64,000 nucleotides of DNA from NCBI GenBank assembly GCA_951406725.2, contig OX597814.1:199640001-199704000 (forward strand). Direction: 5' to 3'. The position numbers were made by a program, and so were the translations under genes. How positions within the stretch are numbered: position 1 is the first letter of the stretch; every line of letters begins with the position of its first letter. The notes beneath the pieces were generated by a model. The model did no database searches, was not told where the DNA came from, and worked only from the letters and a program-made list of their open reading frames with translations. This document shows positions 54,266 through 64,000 of this stretch, in pieces. Origin of the DNA: Octopus vulgaris. Lineage: Eukaryota.

Positions 54266-54316
<51 letters not shown>
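52858..54316 (+). mobile_element. SINE family A tandem array (one partial copy plus two 546-bp units)
   Basis: Heads at 52858, 53207 and 53753; units 2 and 3 are nearly identical. Confidence 0.93.
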
Positions 54317-54319
<3 letters not shown>

Positions 54320-55933
54320 GGATCCTTTTGAATCAAACTGCTGTGATCTATACATGTAACTCCTAATAAATGTGTTGGCTATAGTAGAAGATACTTCCCC
54401 AAGATGCCATGCAGTGGGTTTGAACATGGAACTATGAGGTTGGGAAGCAAGCTTCTTGCCACACAGCCATACCTGCACCAATGTCGATATAGGTCAGAAA
54501 TATTGAAAGGAATGTATATTTTTTAATGATGCTATTTCAATTGTTTACAAAAAAAATAAAATTGAAGTAAAGTTGTAAATAAAAAACATACGTTTTTATT
54601 TTGGATCAATAGATTTATTTGTGAGGACGAAGGTTCTACATGGATTGAATAAAACGACAGAAAATTAATCCCCTCTTTATATTCTGTATAATGTTGATAA
54701 AAACTTAGAAAGTGAATACATAGATCTCTTAGAAAAATAAACAAAGCTATGCCATTTATAATCTTTTATAGTATTATAAACATTCTAGACACAGAAATTA
54801 CAATCTTATAAAATTGCAGATATATTGTTTTGGTTTTTTTTATGTATATACTTCCTTATTTATTTTTTTTATTAGTGGAATATGTGTTTTTATTTCTTGC
54901 CAGAACATTTTATTTACAAAAAAATAAGAAAAAAAAAACCTCTCATAACTCTGATAATTGTATGGATTTTGCTACCTATAATCATAGAAATCTATAAATA
55001 TTTTAAAATTTATTATCTGTTTTATCAAGTTCATTGGAAGAATGATTTTTGAAAAAATCAATCTCCAAAACTAATAAATCGGCATGAACAAGGTTATTCT
55101 ATGGAGCAAAAATGTAAATAAATTTGTGCCACTGTTTTCATTACTGAATAGGAGTTTTATATTTTATGTTGATATTATATTCTTCAGTTCTGCTCTCTCT
55201 CTCAAAGGTTACATACAGCCATCCATATTTTTCTGTTTCTGTTAGTAAATGACAGCTTCATTTGCTGCGATTTTATGATTTGGAACATTTACAGTGATTC
55301 AATGGCAGATACTGTTTCACTGTTTTCTCTATGAGACAGAAAGGAAAATATATCTCCCCAGCCGAAATTGTCATAGACCTACCTGTGTGGTTGTATTATT
55401 CTTTATCACTAATCTACCTATATAAAAGAGGAAAAAAACTTGCACACTTTGGGTTTGGTAAGGATTCAATGGCACTAGACGTGCTAGGATCAAGCGGAAA
55501 ATTTACACACCTATAGAAGGCGTGGTGTAGTTATGGCCAGAGTAGGTTTCAAGTCTCTATCTTGATAACAAAGGCCTGAAACAATGCATTTTCTGTGTCA
55601 TACACTATTGCCTTGAGTTGTGTTCAGGCAACATGTTGGATTCTACGCATGACTGTGCACGTGTTTGTGTGAATGCAACGGAAAAATGGGGCAAAAACAG
55701 GTTCAATTTTTGAGTTTTTCGAAAAACAAAATATGAGCATATATGTAGAAAAATTTCCTGAATCAATTGGAGCAAGTTTGAATTCTCTAGCTTGAAAAAT
55801 GCAAATTCTAGCAGTTTTGAGAGTGCCTTTTTAAGGAGTCCTCAGTTGAAAATGGTGTCAAAAAATAGCTCAAAATTAGAGAATTATTTTGCAGACCGAA
55901 TCACCTCAAAAATCGAACAGGAAGTGCTCTTAA

Positions 55934-56324
55934 TCTATATATATAAAGCTGAAGTTATCTGTGTATGGCAGGTTTGGTAGCCTTCAACTAACACTATCTC
56001 CTCCGAGACCCTGCGGTGCAAGTTGACCAAAATTGAGAGTATGATAGAAGAAGGCTTGCTCTTCATTCCATAGAAGATAAAATTCAAATCGAACCATGTT
56101 AATACCAAAAATTATTTATATCAGAAGGTACTTTTTTTCTATGAAAATCCCTATTTTTTACGATTTTTGACTGCTGCTGTGTCACCATTTTTCGGTGTAT
56201 TTCAACCAGAAAAATGTTCACCTAAAGAGAATAACAAGCTACATAATGCAAAACTTTTACTTTTCAAAAATTCCAATTCTAAAGGGTCGAAACAAACCCG
56301 AGCAATGCCGGATGGTACTGCTAG
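55934..56324 (+). mobile_element. Non-autonomous Helitron (second subfamily)
   Basis: A|TC at 55934, decayed hairpin CCCGAGCAATGCCGG, CTAG|T at 56321-56325. Confidence 0.87.
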
Positions 56325-56869
56325 TATATTTATATAAGACATGTTAAGCACAACCATTGCTGTGTGGTTAAGCTCATTTCGGAACTACATTCAGGACTTC
56401 ATACAAGTCCCATTGCATGGAACTTTGGATAAATGTCTTCTATAGACACAGACCAATCAATGCTATATGAGTTTATTAGACAGAAACTGTAGGAAACCTG
56501 TAGGATGTGTGTGTGCATCATTTTATCTTTTACTTGTTTGACATTGAACGACATGCTGGGGCCTTGAAGTATTTAGTCAAGCAAATTAACTCCAGCACGT
56601 GTTCTAGCGTTTATTCTATTTGTATGTCTTGCCAAACTGCTAAGTTACAGTGATCACAGGGGGAACAAACACAAACATATACACATTGGGCTTCTTGAAG
56701 TTTTTATCTGCCAAATTCACTCACAAGGACTGAATCCCAAACCTGTATTATTGCTTTGGAATAGCACACAGTCATACATGCACACGCACACACACACACA
56801 CACACACATAACTATTCAGATGTTTGGCCTCATAGAGAGAATGAAAAGGGACCGAGACCTCTGGTGGTT

Positions 56870-57218
56870 TCCTGTGCTTCAGAAGACATGTCAAATTAAG
56901 TAAAATTGTGGTTGTCCTTGCGTTCAGGTATGTCCCCTACATCTATCTTCAGCTGAGCGATCCTAATCTTGCCGGCTTGTGGATGTTGTGTCACATAAAA
57001 AGCACCCACGCTGATGCCATGTAAAAGTGCCCCTGCCAGTTTTTGCATCAAAACTCTCAGTACACTCTGTAAAATGATCAGGATTAGGAAGGGCATCCAG
57101 CTGTAGAAAACAAGGCCAAAACAGACATGAAACCCTGGCAGCTCTTCAGCTGACCAATTCCTGTCAAACCGTCCAACCCATGCCAGCATGGAAAAAAGAC
57201 AACAAATGATGATGGTGA

Positions 57219-57220
<2 letters not shown>
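56870..57220 (+). mobile_element. Family D repeat ((GAT)n-tailed SINE or LINE tail)
   Basis: TTAGGAAGGGCATCCAGCTGTAGAAA..AACCGTCCAACCCATGCCAGCATGGAAA..GATGATG, shared with 58234, 60895 and 63790. Confidence 0.8.
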
Positions 57221-57260
<40 letters not shown>

Positions 57261-57507
57261 TCTTTTACTTGTTTCACATTTGACTGCGGCCATGCTGGAG
57301 CACCGCCTTTAATCGAGCAACTCAACCCCGGAACTTATTCTTTTGTAAGCCCAGTACTTATTCTATCGGTCTCTTTTGCCGAACCGCTAAGTGACGGGGA
57401 TGTAAACACACCAGCATTGGTTGTCAAGCAATGCTAGGGGGACAAACACAGGCACACAAATACATACACACACATACATAATATATATATATATATATAT
57501 ATATATA

Positions 57508-58072
57508 GGAAAAAAGCAACAAGAATGGATTAAAATCTCGGTACGATCGTTTCGTACGAGGACATCTTTAATAAGCTACAAAAAATGCAGTGAATACAGA
57601 TGGCTCGTACTCGTCAGCCGAAAAAATATCAGAGAATTCCCAAACATCAAAAGGGGTAGATACAAAAGAGGTTGTAAGATTAACTGCATTGAAGAAAGTT
57701 CGATTCATGGAGATCCGATGAAAGGTTTTAAACCTATAGAATTTATGCATGTCTACATATAGCTCATATTGAATATTTGATCAAGTTGTATGAAGAAATT
57801 TTCGGATACAGTCATGCAAAATTTCTGAAAATCCATAAGAGGCAAAGTGACTGCCACATCATGTAGAGGAAAGTCACTGCATTTTTTGTAGCTTATTAAA
57901 GATGTCCTCGTACGAAACGATCGTACCGAGATTTTAATCCATTCTTGTTGCTTTTTCCTATTTATAATCACCCCACTTGTCGTATGGTTAACACCATATA
58001 GATATCCGGTGCATCCTAGTTAAGGACCATATTCATGTGAATTCTTTAGAATTCACTAGAATCTCAATTACT

Positions 58073-58075
<3 letters not shown>
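57508..58075. mobile_element. Hammerhead-bearing insertion with an ~86-bp inverted duplication (57508-57593 / 57874-57958)
   Basis: Arms are reverse complements apart from a 1-nt indel. The minus-strand copy carries a full HHR; the plus-strand copy carries only its 3' half and continues to a (TA)n at ~58075. Confidence 0.8.
57536..57623 (-). ncRNA. Type I hammerhead ribozyme, complete core with palindromic helix III
   Basis: Helix I UUUCGG/CCGAGA; CUGACGA at 57617-57611; perfect 7-bp helix II GUACGAG/CUCGUAC; GAAA at 57553-57550; helix III ACGAUCGU; GUA triplet, predicted cut between 57542 and 57541. Confidence 0.87.
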
Positions 58076-58117
<42 letters not shown>

Positions 58118-58233
58118 GACAGGCTTCTTTCAGTTTCTGTCTACCAAATCCACTCACAAGGCTTTGGTCAGCCCAGAAGCAAGGTGCCACGCAGTGGGAC
58201 TGAACTCGGAACCATGTGGTTCGTAAGCAAATA

Positions 58234-58572
58234 TATCATCATCATCATTTAACGTCCATTTTCCATGCTCTGGCATAGGTTGGATGGCTTGACTGAGGCC
58301 TAGTGAGACAGCAGCTTTACCAGGCTTCAATCTGATCTGGCAATGTTTCTACAGCTGGATGCTCCTCCTAACACCAACCACTCGGAGAGTGTAGTGGATG
58401 CTTTTTACATGCCACCAGCACAGGAGCCAGTCAGGTGGGCCTAGCATCGATAACGTTTGAATAGTGCTTTTTACGTGCCACAGGCACAGCAGCCAGTCAG
58501 GGAATACTGGCATCGACCATGTTCGGATGGTGCTTTTTACATGCCACTGGCAGAGGAGCCAGTCAGGTGGAC

Positions 58573-58575
<3 letters not shown>
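58234..58575 (-). mobile_element. Family D repeat
   Basis: (CAT)n end and shared core. Confidence 0.8.
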
Positions 58576-58607
<32 letters not shown>

Positions 58608-60282
58608 AAAATGCTAATACACTTGTTTGTTGTTCATGCACCTGTCTTTGTTTTTTAGTTTTTCTATAAATTTCAACTACATATATACACACACATATAC
58701 AAACATACACATTGTTTGTGAGTGGATGTTGCCATCTCTTCAGTCTTGTTGGTCCCTGCCCAAGTGAAATGGTGTTATGTTAGCTTTCTAGCTACCCTAT
58801 GCTTTCTAACTCCTGTGGAAAGAAAAGCAATAGACCAAGTTGAAAAAGATGATTAAAGGTTTGTGATAGGAAGAGCATCTGGGTTCGAGATACAATCTTA
58901 AATATGTAACCATCTAACCCATGCTAGCATGGAAAAATGAACAAACATGTCTTGATAACAAAAGGATTAATTTGGGGATGGGAACAGATTGGGATGTGGT
59001 TAACTTAGAGCTTGTGTGAAATGAAAGTAACCAAATATTTAATACTGTTTTCTAAATGTAATCTATTGTTATGAAAGAGTAAATACATCAAACAACTGGA
59101 TGTTTTATTATTTTCAACAGGAAAAAGAAAAAAATATTTTAAACGTTATTAACCTATTATATAGGAACAATATAGGAATATATAAATGTTGAGAATTTAA
59201 AGAAATAAAATGTTTGTGAAATCGTAAAAATATTTTAAAATCTCATAATTGAATTTTGTTGATTTGCTATATAGCTGTACCTGATCAGTATGAAATTGAT
59301 TCTTCACAAATATCAGGCACCTGACTCATAAGGTGATACAAGCAAAATTATTACTAAAATAAGAATAATATTAACTGATATATCATAGAATTTATAAATG
59401 TTTTAAAATTTAATTTGCTATCAACATTAAAAGATTTCTTTTGAGAATCTATAGATATTGCATAATAAAATATTTGAATTTTTGGTTTGAGACAATTCTT
59501 AGTTTTCTGACTTCATGTCTACTAGATATTGTATACAATGTTACAAAAATACCTGATTTTTCTCTGAAATTATATTTTTGCTCTTCATGTTGTTTGATGC
59601 CTATTTTTAATAGTGATTGATTATAATTTATTAGAAAATTAAAATTATATTTTTTATTCAATAATTTGTTCAATCATTGTTGAGATACCTAGTGGGGATT
59701 GTTATAGAAAGTAACATAGGAATTAAATATTTAGAAAATCATTCCTATGAGAAAAGTTAAGTACATTCCATACAGACACATACAAATTTTTTCAAAAATA
59801 CATATACACACATATCCTCTATTTTGTTCCTGCGAGCAAGGCTTCTGCATAAAAAGCTCTCAGTACCTCAAGGGAGAATAATAATTTTTCTAAGGATAGA
59901 TATTTTACAGAATTTATTCTATCTTGGTTAACAGGAATATCTTTTATAAACAAATAATCTGATAAAGAATATTATATATATATATACAAACACACACACA
60001 CATATATAAATGCACATGCACAAACATATATATATATATATACATGTGTGTGTACATGTGTCTGGAAATATATACACATGCATGCCTGCATCGTTAAGAT
60101 TCCTATGCGCAATGCCTTCAGCTTGTATCTTCTGAATGCAGACATGGCTTAGTGGTTAAATAATTCATTTTGCAACTGTATGGTTTTGAGCTCTTAGCCA
60201 ACCGATGTCTACATACTGAATTTGATTGATGGAAACTGTATGAAGCCTTTGTATGAGTATGTTTGTGTATTATTTATATTCT

Positions 60283-60530
60283 TTTATTCTTTCACTTGTT
60301 TCAGTCATTTGACTGCAACCATGCTGGAGCACTGCCTTTAGTCGAACAAATCGACCCCAGGACTTATTCTTTGTAAGCCTAGTACTTATCCTATTGGTCT
60401 CTTTTGCCAAACCGCTAAGTTACGGGAACATAAACACACCAACATTGGTTGTCAAGCGATGTTGGGGGGCAAACACAGACACACAAACATATACATAATA
60501 CATACATACATATATATATATATACATATA
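60283..60530 (-). mobile_element. SINE family A 3' module, CpG-decayed
   Basis: GACTGCAACCATGCTGGAGCACTGCC versus GACTGCGGCCATGCTGGAGCACCGCC in left-hand copies. Confidence 0.85.
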
Positions 60531-60894
60531 TATATGTGTGCCTCACTGCAGCTATGCTGTGACTGGAACAAGTAAAAGAGTAATCCTTTCTACTACAGGC
60601 ACAAGACCTGGATTATGTGGGGAGGGGGACAGTTGATCACATCAACCCCAGTAGTCAACTGTTACCTGATTTATCGACCCCAAAACGATGGAAGGTAAAG
60701 TTGACCTTGAGGGAATTTGAACTCAGTAAATAGCAACGGACGAAGTACTGCCAAGCATTTCATCCAGCAGGCTAATGATTCAGCCAGCTCACCACCTTTA
60801 ATAATAATAAGAAGAAGAATCGTTTCTACTATAGGCACAAGGCCTGAAATTTGGGGAAGAGGAATAGTCAATTACAGCAACCCCAGTGTTTGAT

Positions 60895-61310
60895 CATCAT
60901 GATCGTTTAACATCCGTTTTCCATGCTAGCATGGGCTGGACAGTTCGATCGGGGTCTGGGAAGCCAGGAGGCTGCACCAGGCTCCAGTCTGGTCTGGCAG
61001 TATTTCTACAGTTGGATGGCCTTCCTAATACCAACCACTCCATGAGTGTAGTGGGTGCTTTTTACGTGCCACCAGCACAGGGGATGGAGGAGGCTGGCAA
61101 CGTCTACAATCAGTTGGTACTTTTTACGTGCCACCGGCATGGACGCCAGTCAAGGCGGTGCTGGCATCAGCCGCGTTCGGATGGTGCTTTTTACGTGCCA
61201 CCAGCACGGGTATCACAACTACAATTTCCATTTGATTTTTATTTTGATGTTGATGTACTTGACTCAATAGGTCTCCTCAAGCACAGCAGGTCACCCTGCG
61301 ATCCAAGGTA
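60895..61310 (-). mobile_element. Family D repeat
   Basis: Shared core with internal repeats of TGCTTTTTACGTGCCACC. Confidence 0.8.
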
Positions 61311-61312
61311 AG

Positions 61313-61637
61313 CACTTGTAGTTAATTTATTGACCCCAAAAGGATGAAAGGCAAAGTCGGCTTTGGCAGAATTAGAACTCAGAACGTAGTGACTAGTAAA
61401 ATGCCTATTTCTTTACTACCCACAAGGGGCTAAACACAGAGGGGACAAATAAGGACAGACAAACGGATTAAGTCGATTACATTGTGTCCAGTGCATAACT
61501 GGTACTTAATTTATCGACCCCAAAAGGATGAAAGGCAAAGTCGACCTCGGCGGAATTAGAACTCAGAACGTAATGATGAGTGAAATACCACTAAGCATTT
61601 CATCCAGCGTGCTAACGATTCTGCCAGTTCGCCACCT
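61313..61637 (-). mobile_element. SINE family B dimer, CpG-decayed
   Basis: Two core units and one head. Confidence 0.88.
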
Positions 61638-61990
61638 TACACCTGTATAGAATGACATACATACTATTGTTTCTTCAATCTATGAGAACAGTTAGAAAGG
61701 TAAATGAGAAATACTTGCATTGTAGACCGTCAAGGGCTCTGTAAATAGGAACACAAATGTATATTAAGGAATCAAAATGTCTGCCATTTCAGGTATTTCA
61801 CTTTTAGTGTAAATACCTTAACCATCTCATTTTAACATCAAAAACCAGAGAAGACCTATCATAATAATGATAGCAGAAATAAACATTCTTCAAATATAGT
61901 GTAAATATGTTCATTCAAGGTGTATACATCTTAATATATATGCTTTGATTTATTTGCACAAATCATTTTATTTACATTATTTATATATTA

Positions 61991-62386
61991 CTAGCAGTAT
62001 CACCTGGCATTGCTCGGGTTTGTTTCGAGCCTTTAGAATTAGAATTTTTGAAAAGTAAAAATTATGCATTATGTAGCTTGTTATTCTCTTTAATTAAGTG
62101 AACATTTTTCTGGTTGAAATACACCGAAAAATGGCGACACAGCAGTTAAAAAAATCGTAAAAAAATAGGGATTTTCATAGAAAAAAAGCACCTTTTTGAT
62201 GTAAATAATTTTTGGTGTTAACATGGTCCGATTTGAATTTTTTCTTCTATGGAAGGGAGAGCAAGTCTTCTTCTATCATACTCTTAATTTTGGTGAACTT
62301 GTACCACAGGGTCTTGGAGGAGATAGTGTTAGTTGAAGGCTACCAAGACACAGACAACTTCAGCTTTATATATATATATATATAGA
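61991..62386 (-). mobile_element. Non-autonomous Helitron (second subfamily)
   Basis: Reverse-complement homolog of 55934-56324; CTAG at 61991-61994, 5'-TC at 62386. Confidence 0.87.
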
Positions 62387-63183
62387 TTTTATTATAGCTC
62401 TGGACTTGATGTAATTCTATTATATTAAAGTTCATAGCTCACTTTTTCTCCCTTATATTACAAAATACATCTCCCTTGTTTCCTCTTTCTATGCACACAC
62501 ACACACACACACATTAAACACGTTCTTCAGTGTGTATATATTTGTGTGCATTTGTTACTGTTATCACCATTTCTCTCAACAGCTGCAGGTTTCTCACTCT
62601 CTGTAATAACTAATTTATTCAAGATACAAACTATTAATTTTCAAATTGTGTCTTTTCCTTTTCCCTTTTGAATAAGTCATAAATGTCATTCGTCTTCTGT
62701 TCAGCTGGTAAACTATTTCCTAGATTACTTACACCAGTGCAAAGAGAGATATTAATTGATATTTATCTCTAGAAGTTTGTCATACAAAATACACAGACAT
62801 TCATTGTTTACCATGTATATATTAAAAAAAGAACAGTTGGTTATTTTCAGATGAGAAATCTTATAACTAATAAGTATAGTTCTCTTTAATTGAGTATTGT
62901 ATTTTTTCTTATATTTCTCCTTTAATTCATAAATGAAGATAAATTCCTTGTCATTCTACCTTGAAATTTTAAACATGACAGAATTGTGTCAAAAATAGAA
63001 TATAATTTTGCACAGGTTGAAATATATATATATATATACCATAACTTTATTGATTTTAAAGTGAAATTTCTCCCCAGCATATTAAATTCATTGAGATTTA
63101 TTTTATATCTTTCACAGTTGAACCAAGTCAAACTATTAGTTTTTGTATTATCAGCAATGTAATAACATATATATTCATGTCAG

Positions 63184-63772
63184 ATGACTTAAGATTTTCC
63201 CTGGTATATGTTTATGTTGCATGACTTAGGGTTTTCCATGAGATACATTTGTCACATGACTTATGGTTTTCCATGGAATATATTTATGTCACATGCATTA
63301 AGGTTTTCCATGGGATACATTTGTCATATGACTTAAGGTTTTCCATGGGATATATTTGTTACTTGATGTAAGGTTTTCCATGGGATATTTTTGTCACATG
63401 ACTTAACTCTTTCGATACCAACCTGGCTGAAACCAGCTCTGGCTCTATGTACAAATGTCTTCTTTTCATAAGATTTGAATTAAAATCTTCCACCAAACCT
63501 TAGTCACAATTTATGTTCCTAGTACTAGCTGAATGATAACTAAGTTATTTTACTAAATTCTTTGTTTTAAAGTAATTGAAAGAAACACAAAGCATCTCAA
63601 AATAAATACGGTAATGAAAGGTTTAAAGTATTCCATAGGATATATTTATGTCATATGACTTAAGGTATTCCATGGGATATATTTGTCACATGACTTAAGG
63701 CTTTCCATGGGATATACATATGTCACATGACTTAAGTTTTTTCATGGAATATATTTATGCCACTTGACTTAA
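63184..63772. repeat. 35/37-bp minisatellite (~10 units), consensus GACTTAAGGTTTTCCATGGGATATATTT(AT)GTCACAT
   Basis: Directly visible; interrupted at 63407-63622. Confidence 0.93.
63407..63622. mobile_element. piggyBac-like MITE (216 bp)
   Basis: TTAA duplicated at 63403-63406 and 63623-63626; imperfect TIRs CTCTTTCGATACC / ACCTTTCATTACC. Confidence 0.8.
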
Positions 63773-63789
63773 ACAAACATATATGCTGG

Positions 63790-64000
63790 TGGAATGTGGA
63801 AAACAACAGTTGAGCGTGGTCGTTGCCAGTGCCGCCGAAATGACTCCCATGCAGATGGCATGTAAAAAACACCTTTTGAGCATGGTCATTTCCAGTACTG
63901 CCTGATTGGCCCTCGTGCCGGTGGCATGTAAAAGCACCCACTACACTTTTGGAGTGGTTGGTGTTAGGAACGGCTTCCAGCTGTAGAAACTTTGCCGGAT
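63790..64000 (+). mobile_element. Family D repeat, truncated by the window end
   Basis: GGCATGTAAAAGCACCCACTACAC..GGTGTTAGGAACGGCTTCCAGCTGTAGAAAC. Confidence 0.78.

Larger units (their letters stand above)
57259..58230 (-). mobile_element. SINE family A split by an insertion in its internal (TA)n
   Basis: 3' module at 57259-57505; remainder at ~58076-58230. Confidence 0.85.

Noticed and set aside
57508-57958. Tc1/mariner MITE interpretation (TA flanks, 86-bp TIR)
   Set aside because: Downgraded: the left TA is part of a (TA)n run, a hammerhead spans the arm/interior junction, and ~115 bp of extra inserted sequence lies beyond the right arm.

Overview
This is an AT-rich, repeat-dense eukaryotic window. 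The repeat families look like those of Octopus (coleoid cephalopod); that is an inference from recalled sequence and needs a BLAST check. No intact protein-coding gene can be supported. Almost all listed ORFs are translations of microsatellites, SINEs or decayed retroelements. Contents: (1) many copies of three tRNA-headed SINE families (here called A, B, C) and a fourth (GAT)n-tailed repeat (D); (2) decayed LINE fragments (RTE x2, L1/Tx1-like, probable I/Jockey-group) and a Penelope-like element with RT C-terminus and GIY-YIG remnant; (3) non-autonomous Helitrons and mariner, Tc2/pogo-like, piggyBac-like and foldback DNA elements; (4) micro- and minisatellites. Two signals stand out. The first is a set of hammerhead ribozyme (HHR) motifs: two have a complete catalytic core (45156-45231 and 57536-57623, minus strand) and five are variant or degenerate. 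Most sit in short Penelope/retrozyme-like units that end in a microsatellite, and twice these units are arranged head-to-head. The second is a shift to strong CpG decay in repeats from about 44-46 kb onward. This suggests the right part of the window is a germline-methylated domain, possibly an unannotated gene body. Coordinates were counted by hand; ends of decayed elements are approximate.
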